Origin: Magallana gigas
Lineage: Eukaryota
NCBI RefSeq assembly: GCF_963853765.1
Contig: NC_088861.1
Location: 15,438,001 to 15,502,000 of the forward strand
Reading direction: 5' to 3'
DNA length: 64,000 nt
In this document: one piece after another, positions 48,881 to 60,738 of the stretch
Numbering within the stretch: the first letter of the stretch is position 1
Layout of the letters: every line of letters starts with the position of its first letter
The notes under the pieces: generated by a model
What the model saw: the letters and a program-made list of their open reading frames with translations, nothing else
Told to the model about the DNA's origin: nothing
Database searches by the model: none
Position numbers and translations under genes: made by a program

Positions 48881-51800
48881 TCTTTGTTTTAGTGCATGTT
48901 TCCTCTGTTTTAATTGTTTAAAATTTTCTCTTTACTAACCATATTCAGCTGTGTCAAGTTACGAATTATAAGCAAGATACAGAGCTTTGCTCACAGAACT
49001 GAGGCCATGCTTTTGTTCATTCTGAATAGGAAATAAAAAGTTTAAAAATCTTAAGTTGAATTTAACTCTTGTGAACAAAAAATTGACTCAAACCAAGCAG
49101 AATTGTGAGTTCTGTATCTTGCTTATAATTCTACGATTGACGCTGACATTTTGATTTATCACTAGAAATGTCTCACTAAACGTTAAATACTTGTACAGAA
49201 AAAACTAAAGGATGATATCCTGTAACAACTTTTTGGGGCCCCCACCTTATATGATGAAACTACACCAACTTTGTTGGTTTTTCAGACACAATTAAATTAA
49301 AACGACCTCTTTAAAACAGTTTAAAACATTACTGCTACGGGGATAAATGTATTATCGCTATTTTTAAGAAAACATTACAGCGGAAAATCATCTTGATTTG
49401 TAGCCATTTGTTAATGTTGATTTTTAATAAAAATGAAAATAAAGGGTACGTGGGCCTTAGTAAAACAGAGCAATAAGATTTTTTTCAATAAAATACAATA
49501 ACTAGCTAGTACAATGTAGTTGAAGATGAATATGTACCTATATGCATATTCTCATATATAATCTGATCGTTTTATAAAGTAAGGGGGCATAACTAAAATA
49601 AAGGAAACTGGAAGTTAACAGTGTACCCCCAGCAAAAATTTAGTTTTTTGGGTAAAAATGGTATTGCTAAAATGGTACAATGTCAAAGATTAAGTGAAGG
49701 AAAATAAGTGTAAAATTTTGATACACTTTTTTTTATGGTATCCTTTTCTTGTTTTTCTACCGAGGGGCCATATGGCACAATATCCTTTGAACACCCTTAT
49801 AAAGCCATTGTTGCTCAGGTGAGCGATGTGGCCCCATGGGCCTCTTGTTACCGTGCGTGGTCGGTAAAAAAACCTTTTTTTACGGAATGGTAGGATTTAT
49901 TCTTAAAACAACGACAGGTAGTTTTTTGTAAAACAATGTGAATTTTAAACTTATAGAAGACCATTGCCAGCTGTTAACATTCATTCTCTCTTTACTCGTT
50001 AAATACATTCAGCAAGTATTTCCACAGATCATTCTATCATTTGTTCGGTCGAGTTAGTTTTGCATAATTTTGTAATCAGCCTATATCAAACATCCATTGT
50101 ATCTTGACACATAATTTTAATCATATTAGCAAGAGCGAAACGTTAAATGCAATCGGTCAAGCTTACCCATTCTACGTTTTAAACTAAAAGATAATTCCCA
50201 ACGTTTTTCTTTCAAATGAGAATCGCGACACGCATTCCTATCTGGTACATTGTATAAACAATTGTTTGAAATAAAATTTGTTAAGACGCTTTAAAATTTA
50301 GAATAAATAGAAATAAATCAATTATGTACTGTAAATTATGAAAATATTGGATGACTGTGTAAAATCGAAATTCTATGGAACAAGGTAACAAATTTACCTG
50401 TATCCTTCATAATTAAATCGCACGTGAGGGAATTGGATTACATAAACAGTCAACTCGTATGTAAATAATTTCGTGTAGTTTATGCATTATCTTCATTTCT
50501 TTTACACTTAAGTTATTATTTGTTATGGAGACAAACAAATTGTGTATGAATCCTATATTTTTGTGTATGGGTGTGTAAAATTGTTTACTCGTTAAATATA
50601 AACAGTGCATGGCTACTGTACATGCTGCTTTTCAATAAAATACAAACATGAAGCATTACAAGTTAATGCAATACGTTTCCTTAATTCTAATCTTAAAAAT
50701 TAATTTTGATTTTGCTTGTTTTATCGTTTTTGTTCGTGTATCGTGAAATTTCAGTAAGTTAGTGATCGTCCGTGTATCGTGAAGAATCGTTGGTGTATCG
50801 TGCGTGATCGTTCGTGTATTAGAATTGTGCGTGTCGTTTGTCAACAATAACGTTGCTACCACTGTATGCCCGACTTGACCCCAACATTTATTTTAAAAAC
50901 TATAACTTAGAAAGATTAAAACTGTTTTTGAACTTACAATTAAAAATTTGGAAATTTTAAATATATGAGTTTATAATTTAATCTATTGCTTGTTTCTAAG
51001 AAAGTACGACATGCACAATTTAAATGTGAGTTTTAAAACAAAACAAAAAATTTCATTGATTATTCATGTGGGATATAAAGGTAGCAACAATACAGCGCAT
51101 GCGCATATCTAGAGAGAAGGGATCAAAAAGATTGTGAGCCCTGTGGAAAATTAATTCAAATTTCTTAAAATTTACATTAATAAACAACCAGAAAATGTGC
51201 CCCAGACCCTTCCTGAAAAACTCAAATAACCGTCGGAGCACCCTGGAATATTTTTCTGGATCTGCGCCCGCAGAAGAAATACGTAATCCGCGATAGTCAG
51301 CATAAATCATAACCAGTTTAAATCTTCAAAGAAAGCGTTTTTATTATTATATTTATATCTTTCTTTTTACAAAATAATTAATTAAATGTGAATAAATTAC
51401 TTCTCTTCTTATATCCAAGGTAAAAATGCTGCAGAATTTTTGTTTTATTTAAAAAAAAAATTATTTTTTTTTTTTTTGGGGGGGGGGGGTATTATCAACA
51501 CGTAGTGAGAGCTCTATTTGGCCACGTAGTGTTGGTATTATCATTTGACTAATGAAAGTAAACGTTGGAATAAAGACCCCCTTTGTTTACAAAGAAGCAC
51601 AGATTCATTTTTTTGACGCTGCACAGGTAACACTTTGGAATACCGATTTTGTTCTTTCGGACAATTCATTTCAAAAATACAAACGCGTGACTTTAATTGT
51701 TACAACATATTACTCATAATTATAAAAAATGATTTTTAGTAATACTACAACTGCAGTTTGATTGAATTATGTCACGCGTATGCATTTGATATAAATATAA

Positions 51801-54443
51801 TGAAATATTAAAACATTTTCGAATAGTAGTTAAACAGATATATTATACAAATGTAAATTATTTTTGAAGTCTTTTTATACATATCTCCATCCTTCGTTCT
51901 AGCTTTCATGTAAAATTTAGCTAGCAAGTCGTCTGACTTCTCGCACTCGAAATTTACGAAGCCTCCGCTTTCGACTCGAGATATTCCCGAAATAGCTTAA
52001 CGGCTGTTGCAGTTACCCTGTTGAAGTGTTCCTTGCATCAACATTTTCCATTATAACTTTCATTTCCGCGTCATTAATTGTCGCAAAACGACCGTTTACT
52101 TTAACGTCTGCAACTTCCATCTTTGTTGTTTGTTTTCGCGGAGAATGTTTTTGGTTGGTTGGGGTGAATCACGCCAGCCAATCAAATTCTTTTTTAACAT
52201 TAGAGCAAAATTTCCCTTATCTATATTTAGAAAGTACAGGTCAATCCGAGTTTTTAAAGCTTATTTTTAGAAAGTACAGGTCAATTCGCATTTTTATACT
52301 TCGACACCTGATATCAAAAGAAGTAATGATAGAATTTGTTATAATGCATGAAAATAATATTAGATTTTATTAAGTAGTTGTATTGAGAAACTGAAATCGT
52401 AAATCGGTAAGGTAATGTCGTCAAATAAATTTCTTGTGGTATGAAAATGCCTGTATCTTAAATGCCAGATTTCTTTATGAAATGCTAGATAAGTAATACA
52501 TATATCTTTCTTCAGAAAGCACGGTTCATAATGAGTTTGATCTATTTTCAGGTCAATGCCCACCTAATGGTACGTTTTGTAAACTGTATATTACATAATA
52601 CGTATAAAAGTAAGCATTTATCTCAAGTTTATCTGAATAACAACATGATGCGCAAATAAGTAAAAATGTGTATTTTTTATTTCCCTTATTTTCAAGTTGG
52701 ATACCTTGCTGTAACCAGTTGTGATGGATCAACCAAAAATGGACCATATATTTACATTGACTTCTATAAAATCAACCGTCCATGCTACTGTACGGTGATC
52801 ACGTCTTTTAATGGTGATCTGCTCGTAACGTCTATGAAAGGAATCGGTCGTATATGCGAAACACAAGTAACCGTTGTAACCGTTTACACTTACAGATATA
52901 TGTTTAATTGTCAGGCATCAGAAGTATCTGCCGTTTTACATGTCGAAATCAATCAATCGGTATCCGTACTAGCTGAATACTCATCACTTTCTACATCAGG
53001 AGCGTTCTATCATTGTTTGAGATTTAACGAAAACGGTACAATTACTTACTTGTCGTTCATTTTTAAGTTATGATTGGAGTTAAGGTTTGTAATGTTCGTC
53101 TTTTGAATAATTTGACCGATTTATAAACTTCCTCTTTAATGTTACTAAAAGTATAAAAAAAAAAAAACCCAATCATATTTACATGTATGAAAATGATAAA
53201 AAATACCGCTTTTTTCACATGTATCATTTATACAACATGGATACATGTATTATGCTGCTTTTTACAGTGAAGTTGACCTTTATGAAATGCAAATTAGTTT
53301 TACGATGATTGTTATCATAATATCTATGTTCCAAAGTATGATTTTCAATCTATTGCCAAAAAATGAATGAATGTTTCAAAAGAAAGCAGTTTTCAAATGC
53401 ATGTACTTGTTCTACAGGCTTGGATTTATTATTACATTTTGTTCATACTCTCAGGGGGTTTAGGTGGAAATCTTAGTGTAGTATGTTGAAGTAACCATTC
53501 AGCAGAAACAACATCAATGGAAACATCTACTACAACCGCTTCGTCTACTACACGATTTATAAGTACAACTTCTGAGTTGTCATCAGTGGAACTTATAACT
53601 ACATCTGCAATAAATGAGAATATATCGGATGCTACTGGGTCAACTGCTGCTACTTTGTCGGAGGAAAATAAATGTGATTCTTTAATTGGTAGATTTTTTT
53701 TTTAATATATGATATCTAAAAATCCAAACCTGCTGATTATTGTCAACTTTACGAAAGAAGTTTCGTTTAAACTATTGTCAAATGCAATAAGTTCATGTAG
53801 AACCTGTAGAATTTGGAAAATACCTTAAACGTTTCTTTTCTTATTTTAATAGACAGTATATTCTCACTCTGTAACGCATTATCGAAAACTAAGTTATAAA
53901 TACAGAAAATATGCTTAATTACATAGAATATCTTATCTATCATCTTCTTGTGCAGATAAGGGTCTTTTTAGGGATGATGTCGATATGCAGGGCTGATTTG
54001 ATCCGTATAGCACCCCTTTTGTAATTACTGTTTTTCCGCATCCATATTAAGGTCGTATTTTAGCAAACGATTTTTTCTTATTTCACTCTATTTCAGCCGA
54101 GTCACTTTTGTCCTTACAAATTTCGTTGGCTCTATTCGTGATGATTTCGACAGTTTCAACAATATTGAATATATATTTTTGTAGATACATCAAAACAAGG
54201 TATGTTTAATAAAAGTTTATTTTTATATTTGTACATCATTCACAGACATGATATGATAAAGAAAATCTTTTATGATCTGTTTGATTTGTATCGAACTATG
54301 TGTGGTTTTTATTTATTTTTTAGCTTTACCTAATGGATAACAAAACGTGATATTAGATAAAGAACATATACGATTATGATAACAAATCTTGAGAGTTTCT
54401 TATCTAAAATAACCTTACAAAAGTAACACCCATTTTGACGTCA

Positions 54444-54660
54444 TACTGTAGATTCTTTATTAAACGCGAGAAATTCATATTCGCATAAAATCGACAGAAG
54501 CAACATTTGCAGATTTTAAAATCTTGTTTTTATTTTTTCAGTTTTGAACTGTAGGAATTTATAACAAAAAATTGTGCTCGTGATTTTATATTCTCGCGAT
54601 TTGATACAAAATAGCGGAATCGCGGAATTAAGTACTCGCGTAAAATAAAGAATTTATAGT
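54444..54660. mobile_element. Mariner-type MITE in gene D intron 5
   Basis: TACTGTAGATTCTTTATTAAACGCGAG versus CTCGCGTAAAATAAAGAATTTATAGT, imperfect TIRs. Confidence 0.6.
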
Positions 54661-55150
54661 TTGCAGTGTTATATAAAACAAATTATTTCATGGATGATTT
54701 AACCATGTATTAAGTCCAACATCAACATGAAATAAATGTATAGCTATTATTTTTACACCACTACAAAATATGGTGTGTATATTTCAAAAACATTGTCATA
54801 ATAACTTTAAAAAGTAATCTGATAACAAAGTTATAAATGTAAGCAAGCTATGTTTTTGCAAGCCAGCATTGAGTTTACATGGGCATATTTCAAGGAAATT
54901 ATATTTTTTCACAATAGAAAGAAATCTTGGAACGGGAAATCTAACTGTAAAGGTATAAAAGACCATCGAAGTGGGACAGCAACTAATGCTGAAACCTACA
55001 CAGAACTTGGAAATACGGTGTCAGGGGAATCTGAAAACCAGTACGACTCTATCTCACGCCAGGAAAACTACATAAACACGAATGTCTTTTAAACTTTTCT
55101 TACAGGTGAATTCATGTTACTTGCAATTGGACTCAATATTGGAAGTAGTA

Positions 55151-56578
55151 CAGGGTGTTTAACAATATAATTGTCATAAATCTAAAGGCAAAAAGAATGA
55201 TAACAACACAGTTACAAATACAATTTATATATCATTTTCAGCAAGAGATATTCAAAATTAATATTTCATGTCAGGGATATGAGACACCCTCCACTTCCGT
55301 TTCCACGGCAACGATAACCTCAAGTGATATGCTCCAGATGTTTACCTTTTCTAAACTTTAGAGACACGTGTGCGGCAATTCCGTATCACTGCCCTGCATG
55401 TTTCACTGTATAACTGGCGGATTCCTCGCTTAATATTGTTCTTAAGTTACTTCATCCCATCAAGATTGTCGGTATAAACTCTGTCTTTCAAATACCCCAA
55501 TAGGAAAAAATCCAATGATTTTAACCAGGGGGATGTGATGTCCATGATTTTCAGTTTTATGTGAAAGATATCGTCATGAAAATGTGTCGTCTAACCACTC
55601 AAGCACTCTTGTAGCTGTTCGTGGACTACATGTAGCTCCATCTTGTTGATATCAAACACTCGATCGCGAGAAGTTGGTTGTGTTCTGTTGCAGGGCTGGT
55701 AAAAATGTTCTTTTCAGCAAATTTAGGTATCGTTCAACGTTCACACTCTCCATCAGAATCTTAAAAAAAAAATAAGGACGAATGATTTCTATTGACCAAA
55801 TTGCAGCCCAAAAGTGATTTTGTCCGATTTTGTTTTTTCTCATAAAAATTTGGTTTGTCAGGACCGCAAAAGCGCATGTTTTGTTTATTTTCAGATGCAT
55901 TGAAATAAATTTGAATAAAAGTGTGCCTCGTCTGAAAACCATATGCTTTCCACCAATTCCTGGCTCAGCCTTTCAATCCACATTGCAAAATCCAATCAAC
56001 TTTAATGCTAGTTAGTTTTAAATGCTGCATTACTGTAAACTTGTGAGACAAAAATCGAACCGCAGAATTCTAAATACACTTCAGACACGGACACTGTCGC
56101 ACTCCATCTCTCTTAACACTGACATGACTGACTTGCTAGGTGTTTCCTCAATGACAGACCTCACTCTGTCAATGTGTTCACACCTTGGCTTTTTGGGAGT
56201 GCCAGGATTTAAGTGTCTTTCATCCTTTACACTACCCTTTCGTTTAAACTTCATAGCAATCTTAATATCTGATATATAGACAGTACTTTGTTTTCTGGAT
56301 ACTGTTTCTTCAACAAATTCTGTAAAATTTTAGGATACTTATGTTTGTAATAGAGTTTTACAATTTCAGCTTTTTGTTGTAAATTATAGTCCATTTTGAA
56401 ATCACCTGAAATTATGACATCAATTTTAACGTCACAGTGACTTCATCGTAAAATTATTTTCCCGATATTTTGCAATATCATACTTTTAAGTAATTATGCT
56501 TCTTTAAGATATTAAAGTTTCTTTGATACTATGCCTGACACTCGTTAATATGTGTGACATATATTGTGAAACACCCTG
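55151..56578 (-). mobile_element. Near full-length, decayed Tc1/mariner (maT-like) transposon
   Basis: TIRs CAGGGTGTTT(A/C)ACAATATA..TGTCA with TA on both sides. Minus-strand remnants read WFSDEAHF, WAAIWSIEIIRPYFF..SVNVERYLNLL..FLPAL, QQDGA and SPWLKSLDFFLLGYLKDRVY. Confidence 0.88.
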
Positions 56579-57318
56579 TATTACATTTATATGGTTGATC
56601 TAAATTATTCATGAAAACTGTTTTATGCATACATGTAACACATGACATTGGAATGCCCAGAAAACAGATTGAAACAATTTGTAAAATACTGTAAACCTAT
56701 TATATCCAGCGTGTCCAATATTTGGTGGAGAACGATTTTTCAACAAACTAGCGTGGATTTGAATTGGCGTTTTTCTCAACGTGCCTGTTCTTTTACATAA
56801 ATTATAAGCATTTAGCGATGATCTTGATTTAGCGGAAACGGCTTTTCGCCAAAACAAAATGCTTGAAAGAATACACAGCCAAGTGTAATACGTTAAGAGT
56901 ACATGTATCATAGCATGAGTGTGATAACTGATGATAAGTAAACATTTCATTTTCCATGCATATGCTGACAATACGTAAACATTAATATTATTGTTTGTTT
57001 TGCCTTTAAAAGCCAAAAAAGTTCCGCATTGGAAAGTGCTTGTAAAATAATGCTTGTGACCCTTTTTTGCTTTTGATAAAGATTTCAAAGCAAAATTTTT
57101 AAAAAGTGATGATTGAACTTTTTTTTTACAAACTTATGTTGATGTACCACTCCTTTTCTTTACTATTTAAATGGTGTTGTTTGTGCTTTTTTTATTTCTT
57201 GACTGATCAACAGTATGCTAGTGATGTGTATAGAAAGTAACTTGTATTTTATAAAACCAGTTTAGAAGAGTTCGACTGCACTATTAATATTGTTATTTGG
57301 TTTGTATATGCTTTTAAT

Positions 57319-57446
57319 TAAGCATTGAATGCTTATTTTTTAATGTCATCAGTCCTATGACACATCAAGCGTTGCAGACAAATTATCATACCGGGCTTAC
57401 GCGGTCATAGGACCGACGAAATCCAAAACTAAGCATTCAATGCTTA
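57319..57446. repeat. Palindromic hairpin element
   Basis: taagcattgaatgctta...tcagtcctatgac / gtcataggaccga...taagcattcaatgctta. Confidence 0.6.
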
Positions 57447-59900
57447 TATTTTTATTTTAATACTAATGTCTATTTGTAGGTAATGTTGTGTATCGCCGCT
57501 ATAAAGCAATTATTTACGCTCTTTGTCAGGAATATGGAACAGCCATGCATATTAATATGTTATTTATTTAGCTTCCGCGACAAAAAATAAAGTGCCAGAA
57601 ACTTTAAGGAAATTTTTTTTTATCAAGGATAGATATATATTAATGACTGTTTTTAAAAGTACATATCAAATTGGTTATGTAAAATTGAAAGTTTCGTTTA
57701 ATCGTAAAGAAAAAAATATGCTCAAAACACGTGGAAACGTTTATATTTGAGCTTAAGGTGCATAAATTAGCAAAGTGTATTTATAGAAAATTAAATGTTG
57801 CAGCTTTCCAATAAAAATGTAAGGAGTAATATACCCTGAATGTAAATATTATCTTAATTAAAATGTGCTTGATAATTTTTATGTGGTTTAAGAAACATTA
57901 CTTATTTTTGCATTAATTCAAATTACGTTTGCCGTATTACCATACTTTAAATATTAAAAAGGGATAATAAAAAAATTAACGCACTTTTTTGTTTTGATTT
58001 ATACAAGCTACATTGTGTGAAGGCAACTACGATGCATCATTGCAGAACAAAATCTTCATCCTGCTTGAGCAAGCGAGTCATTTTCTTTTGGCAATCGTAA
58101 CTCACAAATCATCAACGTGTATGTGTTTTCATATATCTTTTATAATATGTATGAATATTACTCTAATTGCGTTATTCATCTAGATCTTATGTTATGTGAA
58201 ATTAAAAATGCTTCCAAGCAACAATGCAATCATTTATTTGTTTTTGTTATTTAATCACTTTATTAATTAACATACCAGATATATAATCGTCAAAAACGTA
58301 TTTACATGCATCAATCTTACAATTCCGTAATCATTGGTGAGAGTATCGTATAAAAATCGTCTTCCATCTTGCTTGCTCGTTGGAAGATATCAATGCGTTC
58401 GTTACTTAATCGCCGAAATTCGTACCTGAATCGCCACAGCTCGTCCTGTTGCACAAAATCGCAAAAAAATGTACATTGTCAAGCAGATATCGTAGTCGAG
58501 TGTCTTAGATTCGAAAAAAACATTGTCTGTAGAATTATCGCAAGACTGAAATAGCGAATAATGGCGATTTTTAACTTTTAGTAATTCGTGGGCAATCGTA
58601 GTAATAATCGTGACAGTGTGACCGTGGCTTATTAAGTACAATGTTTATAATATCTCAAACAATAGACAGTTCTCAAATGATAACCGATATTAGCACAATA
58701 AATTAAGTCCATTATTTTAGCAATAAGGAAGTAGATTAACTCTTATCTTAATCATATACTGCACGTGTCATTGGCGTATAGAACGGTTAATTTTTTTCTG
58801 ATCGACTTAATATATTATATCATAAACTAGAACTAAAAGTTGATAACCGATATGAGAAATGTGTTTTCATCAGTACAAATAATTTTTATATATACAATGT
58901 GATATATTTAATTTGCTATACATTTACAATTTGAAAATTAAAAATCATCATAAGACACTCACATACTAAAATTTCAAGAATATATGTCAAGGTCTATGCC
59001 TCATTTTCCTACTCTATTTGATTCGGAAGTCAAATGAATTTAAATGTTCCTGATTTTCTAATAACAATTTTATCAACACAAAATATGTCTCATAAAAATT
59101 TCATACGCAAATGGAATTAAACATACTTAAATATTATGTGAGAAAACCTCAAAGAAAAGGAATAAAAATGTTTACATTATAATAAATTTACCTAACAGTA
59201 TTTAATGAATTGAAATAAAGAAATAAATCCAGGACGTCCTAGGAACGGCTTGTATTGATGTGAACAAAGTTAACTTGTCTGCAGTTTGTTTGTTTAGTTA
59301 TAAATAGCTGTACGTTAATTATGATCCATGTTTATTAAATAACTGTGACAATGTTTGCGCAGTAAACGTATTATTGAATGACGATCAAAGTGCATGTGAT
59401 TTAATGTAAGAAACCAAATTTTTACTAATTTTGTGCTGATTTATGAAGAAAATATTTAGATTATCCATAAGGTAATCGGCAGGCGTGTGGTTTTCTCTCG
59501 GTAGGTGCGTTTTCACCTGCAGTCGTGTTTTAGTATGACCGGTCTTAAAACACAAAAATAAGATGCAAAGCATATCTTGATTTGCTTAAATATATAAAGA
59601 TTAAAGGTCATGTCAAGAATGATAGAAATATGTTAAGTGGTAATTTGCGCATTATAGATTTCGTTCAACAGTTGTCCACAATGAAACATCAAAAGAGCAA
59701 ATTCAGTGACAACGGATCAATGATATAACGGAAATAACACACACATTGATTGTTTTTTTAAAAGTGTGTAATCTGAATGCTGACTGAACTCGTATGAAAA
59801 CAATCAGGTTGTCAATTTAAAACTAAATAAATAACACTGGTGCTATGAAAAAAAATTGTTTTCAACTTCCTACTTTGTGTGATTTGATTTGAGGGTAGAA

Positions 59901-59955
59901 ATGAAAGGTTCATGTTGTGTGATTGTGATCGGTATGTTTTTTGTGACAACAAATG
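59901..59955 (+). CDS. Signal-peptide first exon of a probable fifth paralog (gene E); downstream exons not found in the window
   Basis: MKGSCCVIVIGMFFVTTN-G|gtaagt, 55 nt, phase 1. It is homologous to exon 1 and the upstream promoter sequence of gene B. Confidence 0.65.
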
Positions 59956-60287
59956 GTAAGTTGATCGATCATTAAGAGTCAAATAGTAAACGTACATAAT
60001 GTTTCTTCTACTGCGACAGATTTTTTTATCAACTGACGTGTTTTTATCTTTTGTTAGAAAGATATAATATGCGTTTTAATTTTACTTCCTTTCTTAGTTA
60101 ATTCATATCCTGTGTGTCTAATGTATTGATATGACCTCAAACATTTGGTTTGATGATGAAAGGAAGAACAAAATAACTTCCTAAATTAAATTATGTGTCA
60201 CATCGTGCATGTAATATGTATAGAATAATGTCAATAAGATAATGTTAACACCAAAACTTACTCGGTTTTGTATGAATTAAATATTAA

Positions 60288-60738
60288 AGGGGCTTGTCAC
60301 GATTTTGATTAAAAATCATTTTATCGATTTTAATATTTACAATGCTTAAGTAAGGCATTTTAAATAGGCAACCAAAATTCCAGTGTCATTTGATGAGTTA
60401 TAAGCGAGTTACAGAGCTTACAATTCTTCACTATGTAAACAAAGCGTTTATTTACATTTCGAATGTTGAAGTGAAAATTCCAGTTTTAGACCTAAAAAAA
60501 TGTGTTAATCGTTAGGAACTGTTTAATAATAGAGTATATATAGGTTTATTGAACCTATGTAAACAAAAACAGGGCACGACCCTTGTGTACATGACGAAGA
60601 ATTGTGAGCCCTGTATCTTGCTTAAAACTCAACGACTGGCACCCAAATTTCATTTGATCATTAGAAATGCATTTCTAAAGCATTGCAAATGATAAAAACA
60701 GAAAAATAAAATTTGACCAAAATCGTGACCATGCCCCT
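60288..60738. mobile_element. Non-autonomous Kolobok-type element (TTAA target duplication)
   Basis: TTAA|AGGGGCTTGTCACGATTTTG ... CAAAATCGTGACCATGCCCCT|TTAA. Internal fragments of the same family occur at ~14610-14700 and ~48955-49150. Confidence 0.8.

Larger units (their letters stand above)
44813..49849 (+). mobile_element. HINE/Helentron-like element (5' part 44813-~45420, 3' part ~49200-49849), apparently split by nested insertions
   Basis: The 5' end ttttaggtcacctgag..gggtgaccta hairpin is followed by satellite-like units; the 3' end gctcaggtgagcgatgtggccccatgggcctcttgtt lies at 49813-49849. That both ends belong to one copy is inference. Confidence 0.5.
43930..55092 (+). pseudogene. 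Gene D: receptor paralog with ITAM-like tail; premature TGA at 53487-53489 (pseudogene or secreted ectodomain)
   Basis: Exons 43930-43984 (MKGFIFAFAVSYFIISSI), 52552-52569, 52697-53035, 53455-53688, 54097-54199 (TM), 54918-55092; total 924 nt. TGT TGA here matches TGT GGA in gene A. Intron 1 spans the N gap, so the exon-1 link is less certain. Confidence 0.8.

Noticed and set aside
48639-48938. 99-aa ORF in the ORF track
   Set aside because: It is an artefact of translating through the N gap.
56609-57088. 159-aa minus-strand ORF
   Set aside because: It has no recognisable motif, a non-ATG start and no splice context; probably a chance ORF or repeat-derived.
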